Position numbers and translations under genes: made by a program. Under the pieces are notes generated by a model. The model was not told where the DNA came from and searched no databases. It was given only the letters and a program-made list of their open reading frames with translations. From positions 32,001 to 96,000 of the IMG/VR virus record IMGVR_UViG_3300030099_007635: a stretch of 64,000 bases of DNA; one strand, given 5' to 3'. Below, piece by piece: positions 1 to 9,604 of this stretch. Position 1 is the first letter of the stretch, and each line of letters opens with the position of its first letter. This stretch comes from a virus.

Positions 1-1398
1 TAAAAATTTCTTATAGATATCTACTAGAAAATCTTTAGGAGAGGGATAATTTTCTTTAGGTTTGTAATTAGGATCTCCAGAGACTTTTTTGAGGTCATAA
101 TCAAAATCCACCGAAGGCATCGAATCAATAATCTCCTCTAACTGTTTTCCGATTACTTCAACCGAGAAATTATCAATTGTCCATTGTCTTGCTCTTTCTC
201 CCCATTCTTTTCTCTCTTCATCAGAAAGACTCAAAACTTTATTAAGTTGATTAACTATGCTGTCAGGATTAGTTGAAGCTTTAGTAAATTGAGTTCCAGG
301 TTCCCTATATTCACTCCAACCCAAAGGCAAACCACCTGATTCCTCAGTGCAGTTATCTTCGCCACAAGAATAGTTGGTGACTAATGTAATTAAACCTGTA
401 AGCTTTGCTTCTTGAATGGGGATCTCCTGACCTCCACTTGTAAAAGGGTGGCAGTAAACATCCATTAAATTGTAAATCTCATTTAGCTGATCTTCACTCA
501 CACCCTTATTTGTGTTTGTGGTATTGAGGGACTTTTCGGAGCCACATTTTCTACAGTTTTGCTCTTGTCCTGTAAATGGCCTAACTTCGTATTGATGGCA
601 AACGTTACACACATAAGTTGTTAGAACATCCTCCCTATTAATGTTTTTCTCTTCTAGCATACGAGGAATGTCCCAACCCTCAGACCAGTGGGTATGAAGA
701 AGTAGCTTGGCTTTTGGCTGTTTTTCTTTAAAAATTTTAAACGCATCCAATAGATTAGGAACACTTTTCCTTAACTGGTTACGAAAGACGAAACCTATTA
801 TATAGTCATTAGTAAGCCCATACTGTTCCCTTAATTGCTTCCTTTTTTCATCTGGAAGTCGATAAAAATTGGAGATATCCAAGGAACCTCTAAGTGTTTT
901 AACGTGGTTATATCCCATTTCCTTGAATGCTTTTTCAGCAAAGGAAGACCACACATAATAATTTTTAATTTTAGGAGCATATTCGATTGCTTGCGGTAGG
1001 ATAGGTAAACTATCCAACGTGGTCCATACCATTGTGTTGATCTTGTTCCACCAAGCTTTTGTGTGAAATCCATTAAATGCCCAGATATCTTCAATACCTA
1101 TATAAACATCAGGCTTAAACTCCTCAATAGCCTTGTCTAGTAACTTACCTCCATAGCCCTCTGCCCGTCTTTGATCGGGGTTTAATTTTTCCAACTCACC
1201 CGCAGGTGGAAGAGAGCCTCTGCACTTCCAAGGGACAGTTTTAGTAACTGGATCATTCCACTGAAGCCCGTTGGCCACCTCAATTAGTTCATATTTACCA
1301 GTATCAAAAAGATACCGCATAATATTTTTTTTATTTTTACCAAAACCAGTAAAGGCTCGACAGAAATTAGAATGAATTAAAACTGTTTTCTTTTTCAT
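1..1398 (-). CDS. GT-B (GT4-like) glycosyltransferase with CxxC..CxxC insertion; runs off the left edge
   Basis: Not in the ORF track. Hand translation from the ATG at 1398 (ATGA overlap with the upstream stop) gives MKKKTVLIHSNFCRAFTGFGK...FRNQLRKSVPNLL...CNVC...CRKC...LNEIYNLMDVYCHPFTSGGQEIPIQEAKLTG, open to position 1. Confidence 0.85.
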   Translation of the reverse strand, partial: MKKKTVLIHSNFCRAFTGFGKNKKNIMRYLFDTGKYELIEVANGLQWNDPVTKTVPWKCRGSLPPAGELEKLNPDQRRAEGYGGKLLDKAIEEFKPDVYIGIEDIWAFNGFHTKAWWNKINTMVWTTLDSLPILPQAIEYAPKIKNYYVWSSFAEKAFKEMGYNHVKTLRGSLDISNFYRLPDEKRKQLREQYGLTNDYIIGFVFRNQLRKSVPNLLDAFKIFKEKQPKAKLLLHTHWSEGWDIPRMLEEKNINREDVLTTYVCNVCHQYEVRPFTGQEQNCRKCGSEKSLNTTNTNKGVSEDQLNEIYNLMDVYCHPFTSGGQEIPIQEAKLTGLITLVTNYSCGEDNCTEESGGLPLGWSEYREPGTQFTKASTNPDSIVNQLNKVLSLSDEERKEWGERARQWTIDNFSVEVIGKQLEEIIDSMPSVDFDYDLKKVSGDPNYKPKENYPSPKDFLVDIYKKFL

Positions 1399-1877
1399 GA
1401 GTTTCTAAACTCTTTATTCTTGGATAGTCTGCAAATATAAAGCTCTTGTAAATAAAATTTGAGAAACTCTCTCAACCCGTAAGCCTCAGACATTTCTACT
1501 CCGATGCCAAATTTATTAGCGGAGTTTCTAGTTACTCCAAAAGAGAAGGCATCTGTGCCATCTTTTTTCTTATAGGGCTTAAATGAAATAGAGGTTTTAT
1601 TGTCCTCGTATGAATGAAATGCAGAAAATTCTTTATATTTTTCTATTGCAAAGATAAGCCCGCCCACTTCAATCTCATTCAATTTAATTGAAATGGACTT
1701 GTCTGGATCTTTGGCGTTCTCTGAAAAAGAACCAGTGCGAGTCTTGTCGTTCCAAGAGTGTTGTTTAATAGCTCTTACATAAACGCAAGGCTCTTGGTTT
1801 TTATTATTAGCTCCGATATCGAAGCTGAAGGCGCATCCTGTATTCTTAGAATTGGGCTTATAATACTGAACAATCAT
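1395..1877 (-). CDS. Putative Whirly-fold ssDNA-binding protein
   Basis: Two beta-rich plus helix halves; the motifs YYKP, SIKLNEIEVGGLI, FSAFH, FSFGV and IGVEMSEAYGL line up by eye with the plant Whirly domain. Confidence 0.55.
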   Translation of the reverse strand: MIVQYYKPNSKNTGCAFSFDIGANNKNQEPCVYVRAIKQHSWNDKTRTGSFSENAKDPDKSISIKLNEIEVGGLIFAIEKYKEFSAFHSYEDNKTSISFKPYKKKDGTDAFSFGVTRNSANKFGIGVEMSEAYGLREFLKFYLQELYICRLSKNKEFRNS

Positions 1878-1881
1878 ACTG

Positions 1882-1909
1882 ATTGTATCAAATTAACCCT
1901 TAAATTCAA
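1882..1909 (-). promoter_or_regulatory. Sigma70-type promoter (TTGAAT-16-TACAAT, extended TGn), probably leaderless
   Basis: Minus strand reads TTGAATttaagggttaatttgaTACAATcagtATG. Confidence 0.5.
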
Positions 1910-3189
1910 CCGCCGCCGCTCTTTTCTTTTACTATCTGCTTATGTTTTTTCATGAAAGCTTCATGATTTGGGCCAGCCATATAAAGGGTTCTCCCATCGT
2001 CTGTTTTGTGGGTATGGAAGCCTTCTAAGCCAAGCTTTTTAGCGTCCTTAAGAGCCTTCTCTTTGGTATCAAAATAGTGTGCATTAGGGTCATCTTTCCC
2101 CTTCGCTCTTTCCCAAGCGTCTTTTTGGGGACGATCTTTGTCACCAACTTTAGCTGGTTTATAATTTTTACCCATTCTCTCTTTCTTTTTACGAATGTTT
2201 TCCCAGAGGGAACCCATGGCATCTGCACAATATGATGAAGCCGAGGCGATGTCTTGATCTGCTTTTTTGTAGGATTCTTTAACCTTGCCACCCCTTACCA
2301 TCTTAAGGAACATGTTAACTCTTGCCATTGCCCAGCCATGACGAGACATATTTGGACGGTGAGATGTGCTGAAAGCGCCAGCGCCTCTCCTGTATACCTT
2401 CTTTAATTGGCTAAGAGTAACTTTTTTCGAGTGCTTAGAATTATGTTCTTTGACTTTTTCTTTTAGAGAGTTAGTGGTTTTTTCACTAAATGTAATCTTG
2501 CCGCCCTTTTCCCCCGCACTTCCTTTAGGATTTTTCTTTGAACCTTTTTTTCTTTCACTTGGTTCTGCGGGTGTTTGAGCGCCGCTTTTGCGACCACTAC
2601 GTTTAGCCGCCTCAGAAACTTCTGCTTCTGGTGCATTAGCTAAATCTGGATTCATGGCTAACAATTCGTCGTGATCAAAAATTGTTTCTCCATCCCATTC
2701 GTATTCTTCCTCTGTAGAACCTTCAACTTTCTTACCTGCTCTCCACTGCTTGCAAGACCAATAGCGAGCCTTCCACTTTGGACCTGGATTATCACAGTTA
2801 TGCCTCGCTCTGAAACTTTTCCTACGAGCAGGGTCATCTCTTTTGATTTCCATGTTAGGGTCGCCAAAATTAACCTTTACAACGTTACCTTTCTCATTCT
2901 TAACGTAAACAGAGAACTTTTTTGGACCTTTAGGGGTGCGGAAAGGCTTGTTTAATGGCTTGTTTTTTTCTTTAGATTCAGACCAATATAGTATTTTGTC
3001 GCTTTCACCCCAAGGATTCGTCGAGTCGAATACTAACGAAGCTTTACTTTCTGCTTTAGAAAACTGAGAAGAGCAGACTGCGGCTCTTTGCTTGTTGTCT
3101 TTAAACTCTCCCTTTGTCGTAGGGTCACTCATACAGCGATCCATAAACTTAGAACGCTTCTCTCCGTTGTTTGGTGTGGGTAGTGGCAT
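1906..3189 (-). CDS. Lys/Arg-rich mosaic protein made of about six small phage modules; possible internal head protein
   Basis: Modules include MPLPTP..FMDRCM..QRAAVC, NFGDP..RKSFRARHNC..ARYWSC, LKKVYRRGAGAF..HRP..WAMARVNMF and GFHTH..YMAGPNH; GTGTAA motif upstream. Confidence 0.6.
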   Translation of the reverse strand: MPLPTPNNGEKRSKFMDRCMSDPTTKGEFKDNKQRAAVCSSQFSKAESKASLVFDSTNPWGESDKILYWSESKEKNKPLNKPFRTPKGPKKFSVYVKNEKGNVVKVNFGDPNMEIKRDDPARRKSFRARHNCDNPGPKWKARYWSCKQWRAGKKVEGSTEEEYEWDGETIFDHDELLAMNPDLANAPEAEVSEAAKRSGRKSGAQTPAEPSERKKGSKKNPKGSAGEKGGKITFSEKTTNSLKEKVKEHNSKHSKKVTLSQLKKVYRRGAGAFSTSHRPNMSRHGWAMARVNMFLKMVRGGKVKESYKKADQDIASASSYCADAMGSLWENIRKKKERMGKNYKPAKVGDKDRPQKDAWERAKGKDDPNAHYFDTKEKALKDAKKLGLEGFHTHKTDDGRTLYMAGPNHEAFMKKHKQIVKEKSGGG

Positions 3190-3192
3190 TAC

Positions 3193-4266
3193 TTAAGCTT
3201 TTACACCAAAAATAGGCTCACAGATCGTCTTCATGAAAAAATCTCTTTTTTCTGAAAAAATTGGCAACTTGCAAAACCTTGAGTAGCAGTGAGAAAAACT
3301 ATCAGCAATTTCTAAAATTCTCTGATAACGGTAAGAATTGTAGAGATAGACCTCTCTAATGTAACAAATAAGTAGGTCTGCCAGTTTTTTCCTTACCTGC
3401 ATTTCATATATAACATGGAAAAGGTCTCTGTTTTGGGGGAAACCTCCTATTTCACAAAAGCGTTTCCATAGCCTGATATCCATTTCTGGTGGAACTCCCA
3501 AATCAAATATTAAGTCTAAAAAATCTATGTAGGGGTGACCCTTTGAAACATTATATAAATCATCAAAATAAAAACCTTGCTTTTCTCCCTCATAATAAAA
3601 AACAGAATCAATACCTAAGGCTCCATGACATTTATGGTTTAATTCTGCGCTAGCTCTATCTGAGCATACTATAATTTGAGTTCTTAGATCTAATAGGAAC
3701 TTTTCACAAAAATCATAGTCAGTATACTTCTTAACTGCCTGTAGCCCTGCCTCATCAATGCAATTTTCGGGTATTAAATCATCAGCAAATTCCTTAATAA
3801 CTGACGTATAAGACTGCCGCACTGGTCTAGTTTCAGCAAATTGCCAATAAGCATTAATAAAGTCGTCCACTTTTTCCATTAAATGAGAACGACCTATATT
3901 TCTAACACTTTCTCCCGCAGGAACTTTGGTCATGAGATAACTAATAGGTTCACCCAATTCGGTCTCACCATGTTTTACAAGGGAGGGGGAGGCATTTGAA
4001 CCTAGACTTCTGATAGAGGTCACCTCCCTTTTAAGCAATCCACGGGGATCGCTTAGTGAAAATTTTAACTTAAAACATTCCCTCTTCTCATTGCTTAAAA
4101 GGAATATATCACAGTATTCTGTGACTCCCCAAAGCATAATTTCCTTCAAGTTGAACTTTGGTTTAATTTTACTAATTAAATTAGCTGCAAACTCACAGTC
4201 ATTCTCGGGGTCTCCCGCTTGAGAAAAAGCATAAGCTTTATCTTTGAATAAAGAAGTTAATTTCAT
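3193..4266 (-). CDS. APH/choline-kinase-fold protein, probably catalytically degenerate
   Basis: FKLK and REV N-lobe motifs; CHGALGIDSVF replaces HGDxxxxN; FDDL..KGHPYIDF. Confidence 0.6.
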   Translation of the reverse strand: MKLTSLFKDKAYAFSQAGDPENDCEFAANLISKIKPKFNLKEIMLWGVTEYCDIFLLSNEKRECFKLKFSLSDPRGLLKREVTSIRSLGSNASPSLVKHGETELGEPISYLMTKVPAGESVRNIGRSHLMEKVDDFINAYWQFAETRPVRQSYTSVIKEFADDLIPENCIDEAGLQAVKKYTDYDFCEKFLLDLRTQIIVCSDRASAELNHKCHGALGIDSVFYYEGEKQGFYFDDLYNVSKGHPYIDFLDLIFDLGVPPEMDIRLWKRFCEIGGFPQNRDLFHVIYEMQVRKKLADLLICYIREVYLYNSYRYQRILEIADSFSHCYSRFCKLPIFSEKRDFFMKTICEPIFGVKA

Positions 4267-4277
4267 ACTTATATAAT

Positions 4278-4309
4278 AAAAAACTAACCCCCTTTTTCAA
4301 GGGGGTTAG
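4278..4309 (-). terminator. Rho-independent terminator
   Basis: Stem CTAACCCCCTT / AAGGGGGTTAG followed by a T-run on the minus strand. Confidence 0.8.
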
Positions 4310-4369
4310 CGGGGTTAGAGATCAGGGTGCCTAATGATCTCCCGTTTTGGTAAAATCTTTCAGTCCGAC

Positions 4370-4594
4370 CTAAAAAACTTTGCCAAAGTTTTGTTGGGCA
4401 AGTCGCACACCACAAATACTTGTTTTAGCGAGCTTGCGGTCTACGCCCGCATTGCGATCATAGACCTTTACATAGTTATCTGTTTCTCCCATTAGCTGAG
4501 CATTTACAGATTCTCCTTGAGAGGTATACAGGCCGAAAAACCTGCCCCTACTGTTTCGGATCGCTCTCATGACCCTAGTGTTAATTTGCTTCAT
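4370..4594 (-). CDS. Small hypothetical protein (74 aa, beta-rich)
   Basis: ORF track gives 4370..4630; start moved to ATG 4594 because a consensus promoter lies immediately upstream. Confidence 0.7.
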   Translation of the reverse strand: MKQINTRVMRAIRNSRGRFFGLYTSQGESVNAQLMGETDNYVKVYDRNAGVDRKLAKTSICGVRLAQQNFGKVF

Positions 4595-4601
4595 ATGCAC
4601 T

Positions 4602-4630
4602 ATACTACGCAAAAGAAAGGCTTTTGTCAA
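4602..4630 (-). promoter_or_regulatory. Sigma70-type promoter TTGACA-17-TAGTAT, 7 nt before ATG (leaderless)
   Basis: Read directly on the minus strand. Confidence 0.7.
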
Positions 4631-7037
4631 CTATTTTTATAGAAATTTTATCTGCTTTCCTATTCTGCACAATAAACTGAGAAAGGGGAATTTGAACTAT
4701 AGTTTTCACTAGATTTTTAATGTCTCTTGCGTGGGTATTTTTTTCTTTTATTTTATTAAAAATGAATTTTTTAACACTTGGAGAACAGGTTATTTCAATG
4801 TTTCTTTCTTTGAGTCTTGTTTCTATACCCTTGAGTTCTTGGTTAATTATTTTAAGAAGATGGGGATCTGAAAGTTCATTAAAGAACAAGACCTCATCAA
4901 CGCGAGCTAGAAGTTCGGGGCGTAAATATTTTTTAAGGGACTTTTTGTATATATTCTCATCCTCTTCTGGTTGTGGTAAAAAGCCCATTTCTCTTTTAGA
5001 TTTTTCTTTATGACCAATATTAGATGTCATAATCACTACAGTTCTAGAAAAATCAATAGTTCTGTTTAAGTTGTCTGTGGCATAACCCTCATCTAAAATG
5101 TGAAGTAATACATCTAAAATTTTTGGATCACACTTCTCTATTTCGTCAAAAAGAACAACCGAATTTGGATTGTTTCTAACAAATTCAGTTAGAAGTCCTC
5201 CTTCTTCATATCCTACATAGCCAGCATTAGCCCCCATTAATTTAGATATACCAGTTTTGTCTTGGTATTCACTCATATTCAGTTGAATAAATGACTTCTC
5301 GTTACCATAAAAGTATTTTGCTATCTTCTTCGCTGTAAATGTTTTGCCCACGCTTGTTGAGCCAATAAACAGAAAGTTTGAAAGTGGTTTCTGTGGATCA
5401 TTTAACCCTGCTTTAACGCAGCTTAGAGTATCATGAATAGTTTGTATATTCTCCTCTTGTCCAAAAATTTCAGAGTTCATCTGTTTTAAGAATGAAGAAA
5501 AAGAAGAAGTGTTTTTTGCTATTGTTTTTCCTGATAGACCTGTTTTTTCTGTTAAAATCGAAATAATATCCTTTTGACGAACTTTTTGTTTTCTACCTCT
5601 ACGCTCTGCGTGTTTTGCCATTACTTGCAAGTAGTTCTTCAATAATTCTGTAAACTCCTCCTCATCAACTTTCTCATCCTCGTTTGTCGCCATTAAAAAT
5701 TCACAAAAACTATTTCGAACATCCGAAACATTTGTGGGGACGGTGGCATATTTAATTTTTGTCCTTGAACCAACTTGATCAATTATATCAAAAGCCTTAT
5801 CTGGGAATCGTTTAGTGCTTAGAAATTTTTCCGAAAGGTCTAAAATCACATCTATGTCTTCCTCTTTGTATTTAACATGATGAAAGTCTTCATAAAATGG
5901 AAGGGCATTCATAATAATTTTTTTAGTTTCCTTTTTTGAGGGTTCTTCTACGAAAATTTTATCAAACCTTCTTTTCATAGCAGCATCCTTCTCGAAAAAC
6001 TTTTTATATTCCTGAGAGGTAGTCGCTCCAATGCATTTTATGTCTCCTCTAGCTAAGGCTGGTTTAAGCATATTAGATGCATCAACCGCACCCTCTGAAT
6101 TTCCAGCACCAATGATTGTGTGTATTTCATCAAAAAATAAAATTATATTAGGCTCTCTCTCCGCTTCGGCAATAAGTGATTTAAATCTCTCCTCAAACTC
6201 ACCTCTATATTTGGTGCCAGCAATCATTGCGCTAATGTCAACAGCGCAAATCTGCATTAGAGACATGTGGGGGGGAGAGTCTTGGTTAACAATTTTCTGA
6301 ACCAACCCTTCAACGATGGCTGTTTTTCCCACTCCAGCTTCACCTACTAAAATGGCATTGCTTTTATTTTTCTTGGATAGAATCTCTACCAATTCGTTAA
6401 TTTCTTGATCACGACCAGAAATTTTAGAAGATCTTTTACTTATAAATTTTTGATTTAAGTTGACACAATATTTAGCTAAATGAGGTAAGGACTGTCCTGC
6501 TTTCTCTTCACGGACTGTCGTGTTTTTCTTAGACTCTACATATAAAATATTTTTTATTTGATCTGTGGGAGGAATACTAGTTTCTAGAACGTGTGTTTCT
6601 ATGATGTCTTTTGCGTAAAGGGTGTCGATGCCGTTATTTCTCAAGTGTTCGACAAACTTACCCTCCATATCAAAAACAACATATAAAATATGTTCCACAC
6701 CAATGAAATAGCTATCGAAGTTGTCTGAAAACTCCTTGGCAAAGAACACGACTTCATTTACATCATCATGCCATCCACCTTGCCCCTTTTTTGCTTGGAA
6801 CTCCTCTGAATTATCTTTGGCGTATTCCTTAAAAAGTTTAATAAATAACTTGGCATCAATCTTGATTCCATAGTTTTTAAGCTTTAAGGCACAGCTATCA
6901 GATATATTAACTAAACAACCATAAACTAGATGAGAGGTTGTTACTAGAGAGTGACCATTCGCTTCCGCAAACTTCTGAGCATCCTTTAAGCCCTTCTTTG
7001 CTTTAGGGGTTAAATTAAAATCCGTTAGACCCATCAT
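4605..7037 (-). CDS. clpC: ClpC/ClpA-family AAA+ unfoldase
   Basis: Clp N-domain; GEAGVGKT, AGTKYRGEFEER, FFDEIH, RFPDKAFD; second module GSTSVGKT, GYVGYEEGG, LFDEIEK; MGF loop. Confidence 0.92.
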   Translation of the reverse strand: MMGLTDFNLTPKAKKGLKDAQKFAEANGHSLVTTSHLVYGCLVNISDSCALKLKNYGIKIDAKLFIKLFKEYAKDNSEEFQAKKGQGGWHDDVNEVVFFAKEFSDNFDSYFIGVEHILYVVFDMEGKFVEHLRNNGIDTLYAKDIIETHVLETSIPPTDQIKNILYVESKKNTTVREEKAGQSLPHLAKYCVNLNQKFISKRSSKISGRDQEINELVEILSKKNKSNAILVGEAGVGKTAIVEGLVQKIVNQDSPPHMSLMQICAVDISAMIAGTKYRGEFEERFKSLIAEAEREPNIILFFDEIHTIIGAGNSEGAVDASNMLKPALARGDIKCIGATTSQEYKKFFEKDAAMKRRFDKIFVEEPSKKETKKIIMNALPFYEDFHHVKYKEEDIDVILDLSEKFLSTKRFPDKAFDIIDQVGSRTKIKYATVPTNVSDVRNSFCEFLMATNEDEKVDEEEFTELLKNYLQVMAKHAERRGRKQKVRQKDIISILTEKTGLSGKTIAKNTSSFSSFLKQMNSEIFGQEENIQTIHDTLSCVKAGLNDPQKPLSNFLFIGSTSVGKTFTAKKIAKYFYGNEKSFIQLNMSEYQDKTGISKLMGANAGYVGYEEGGLLTEFVRNNPNSVVLFDEIEKCDPKILDVLLHILDEGYATDNLNRTIDFSRTVVIMTSNIGHKEKSKREMGFLPQPEEDENIYKKSLKKYLRPELLARVDEVLFFNELSDPHLLKIINQELKGIETRLKERNIEITCSPSVKKFIFNKIKEKNTHARDIKNLVKTIVQIPLSQFIVQNRKADKISIKIVDKSLSFA

Positions 7038-7048
7038 AATTATTTACA

Positions 7049-9604
7049 CTATTTAAGTTCAGATAGCTTCATGTAGATTTTATCCTTAAGAGGAAAAACT
7101 TTATCAACAAAAACTACATCATCTCCTTTAGAGCCATATATAATGACTACATCCCCTTTTTGGGGAAGTTTTTTACCAGAATCTAAGTAATCAGTTAAAC
7201 GAGCAGCACGTTGACTATCTAAAAATAATCCGTCAATAGCTCCACCCTCATCTTGGAAGTTCATTCTTGCATACTTGTTACCATTTCGACTGGTCCTGCG
7301 AATAATGTCAGTCAAAACACCCACAAATTTAACATTAGCTCTCTCTGGTAAATCTTTTACTACATCTGAAGAGTTAAAGTCTCCCTCATAACTAAAAACT
7401 TCTCTAATATTATGTGAATAACTATATCCAAGTAACTTCTCCTCAAAATACCAATTAGCGTATTTTGTGTGTTCCTTGTTCATCTCATAAATTTTCTTAT
7501 AAGGTGAAAACTTTTTCTTGAAAGTCTCAAATCTTTTAGGAGCAAAAATTTTCCTATTATCATCTCCAACCATTTCCTGCTTACGCACATCATGAATTGA
7601 ATTTATGATATCATAATCATAGTTTGGTCCAAGCTCAATCAGGTTTCTCTTCTCTCGATCAGTCAAGATGTTAAAGGTCTGAGCTTCAAGAACTAGTCGC
7701 GGTCTGTTACTAGAAACAAAAGAGTCTAGAAGACCAGCTTGAATTAATGCTGAGAGGGTTCCTATGTTAAGTCCTGCTTGCTTGGCCGAAAGAAACACTT
7801 CGTATTTATTGTCAAATGACTCCTCTCTGAATTCTAGTAGCGATTCTAATACTTTAGTAGAAACTCCCTTGATGGAATTTAAACCATATCTAATATTCTT
7901 ACCCTCAATTTTAAAATCAATGTCTGACTTATTCAGGTCTGGTGGAAGTAACTTTATATCAAAGTGAGAAAGCTCTTGTGATATTTTAGCTATCTCCTCA
8001 TGAGAATTAGGCTCATACTTTGCATATTTTAAAAGACTTAAAAAGAATTCTTTTGGATATTGAAATTTAAGATAAACAGTGATTGCTGCCAAATAAGCAT
8101 AGCTTATAGAGTGAGACTTGTTAAATGAATAGTTTGCAGAATCTTCAGCCACGCTCCAAAGTATTTCCCCAATAGATGGGTCTAATTTATTTTCCTGTAT
8201 CTTCTCTTCAATCTTAGCCTTCCACGCTGGCATTTGATCAACCTTCTTCTTGCCTACAATACGTCGAAGTTGCTCCGCTTCATCAAGGCTAAATCCAACC
8301 TTAACTGCCATTTTCATCAACTGCTCCTGATACAGAGGAATGCCTCCTGTATAGCTCAAAATGTCATCAAAAAACTCATGAACCGACTGGAACTCGCCTG
8401 TCCTTGCATACTCAGCATACCTGTCCTTAAAGTCTAAAGCTCCAGGTCTTGCAATAGCCACCACCGCAGATAATTGCTCAAGATTCTGAGGCGCTATCAA
8501 GCGGCAGACCTTAAAGTTGGTGTCTGCTTCAATTTGGAATAAGCCTTGAGGAGAGCGTAGGGATGATAGAGCCGTGTAAATTATAGGATCGTGAGGATCT
8601 ATATCTTCAGCTTTGATTCCCAACTGCTTACAAACATCATGGACCACAGAAAGAGTTCTTAATCCAAGAATATCAAACTTTACGCTTAGACTGGCTACGT
8701 CATTCATGTCGTAACCAGAAACTAATGCTCCATCATTTGTTGTTTGAAGAGGCATTATGTCATCAAGCTCATAATAAGAGATTGATACGCCAGATGGGTG
8801 AACTCCAGTATTTTTATTCAAGCCCTCTAGTTTTTTGGCTATCTTAAATACTTTTGCATATTTATCTGCATACTCTCTGAAAGTTTCACTTTCGTCATAT
8901 GCGACATCTAATTTAGCTACTATGCCAAAATGTTTTGGAATCGTATCACTGATTTGGTTTACATCTACTTCGGATAGCTCTTCAACAATCTTCCCGCACT
9001 CCTTCATGCAGAGCTTGCCGCTTAATGTATTCAGCGTCAAAATCTTAGAGGTTTTACCCTCATATTTTTTTTCAATGTATTCTATGACTTCTGCACGACG
9101 ATCATAAGAAATATCATTATCAACATCAGCTAATAAGCTACCGTCCAAGTAGACTTCGCCTTCATGCTCAATCTTTCTTGCTCTACTCTTTGACACAAAC
9201 CTCTCAAAGAAGAGGTCATACTCTATGGGGTCGATGTTCGTTACACCTATGACATACAATACTAATGAACCAGCGGCACTTCCCCTACCTGCCCCTGTTG
9301 GAATATCGTTTTCCTTGCAGAAGTTCATGATATCCCAATTAAGTAGAATATAATCCACGAACCCTAACTCATCGAAGATAGTTAACTCTTCTTTTAGTCG
9401 GTCATAGTAAAGTTGAGGATTGTCTACCTTATCTATGCCTTTTTCTTTTACCTTTTTAAAGCATAGCTTCCTGAGGAATTGATAGTTATCTTCCAGGTCA
9501 CTGCAAGAAACTTCGTCGTAATATTTTTTTTCTATTTTAATTTCTGGTAGCTTAACTCCCACGGGAAAGGGTGTATTGTAGCCTGTAAAGGTTGTAGAAC
9601 TCAT
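7049..9604 (-). CDS. dnaE: DNA polymerase III alpha catalytic portion (no PHP domain)
   Basis: GAGRGSAAGSLV, FERF, DVDND, GVHPSGV, KFDILGLRTL, YSFNKSHS, C-terminal OB fold. Confidence 0.95.
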   Translation of the reverse strand: MSSTTFTGYNTPFPVGVKLPEIKIEKKYYDEVSCSDLEDNYQFLRKLCFKKVKEKGIDKVDNPQLYYDRLKEELTIFDELGFVDYILLNWDIMNFCKENDIPTGAGRGSAAGSLVLYVIGVTNIDPIEYDLFFERFVSKSRARKIEHEGEVYLDGSLLADVDNDISYDRRAEVIEYIEKKYEGKTSKILTLNTLSGKLCMKECGKIVEELSEVDVNQISDTIPKHFGIVAKLDVAYDESETFREYADKYAKVFKIAKKLEGLNKNTGVHPSGVSISYYELDDIMPLQTTNDGALVSGYDMNDVASLSVKFDILGLRTLSVVHDVCKQLGIKAEDIDPHDPIIYTALSSLRSPQGLFQIEADTNFKVCRLIAPQNLEQLSAVVAIARPGALDFKDRYAEYARTGEFQSVHEFFDDILSYTGGIPLYQEQLMKMAVKVGFSLDEAEQLRRIVGKKKVDQMPAWKAKIEEKIQENKLDPSIGEILWSVAEDSANYSFNKSHSISYAYLAAITVYLKFQYPKEFFLSLLKYAKYEPNSHEEIAKISQELSHFDIKLLPPDLNKSDIDFKIEGKNIRYGLNSIKGVSTKVLESLLEFREESFDNKYEVFLSAKQAGLNIGTLSALIQAGLLDSFVSSNRPRLVLEAQTFNILTDREKRNLIELGPNYDYDIINSIHDVRKQEMVGDDNRKIFAPKRFETFKKKFSPYKKIYEMNKEHTKYANWYFEEKLLGYSYSHNIREVFSYEGDFNSSDVVKDLPERANVKFVGVLTDIIRRTSRNGNKYARMNFQDEGGAIDGLFLDSQRAARLTDYLDSGKKLPQKGDVVIIYGSKGDDVVFVDKVFPLKDKIYMKLSELK

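Noticed and set aside
831-1094. 87-aa minus-strand ORF in the track
   Set aside because: Out-of-frame ORF nested within the glycosyltransferase at 1..1398
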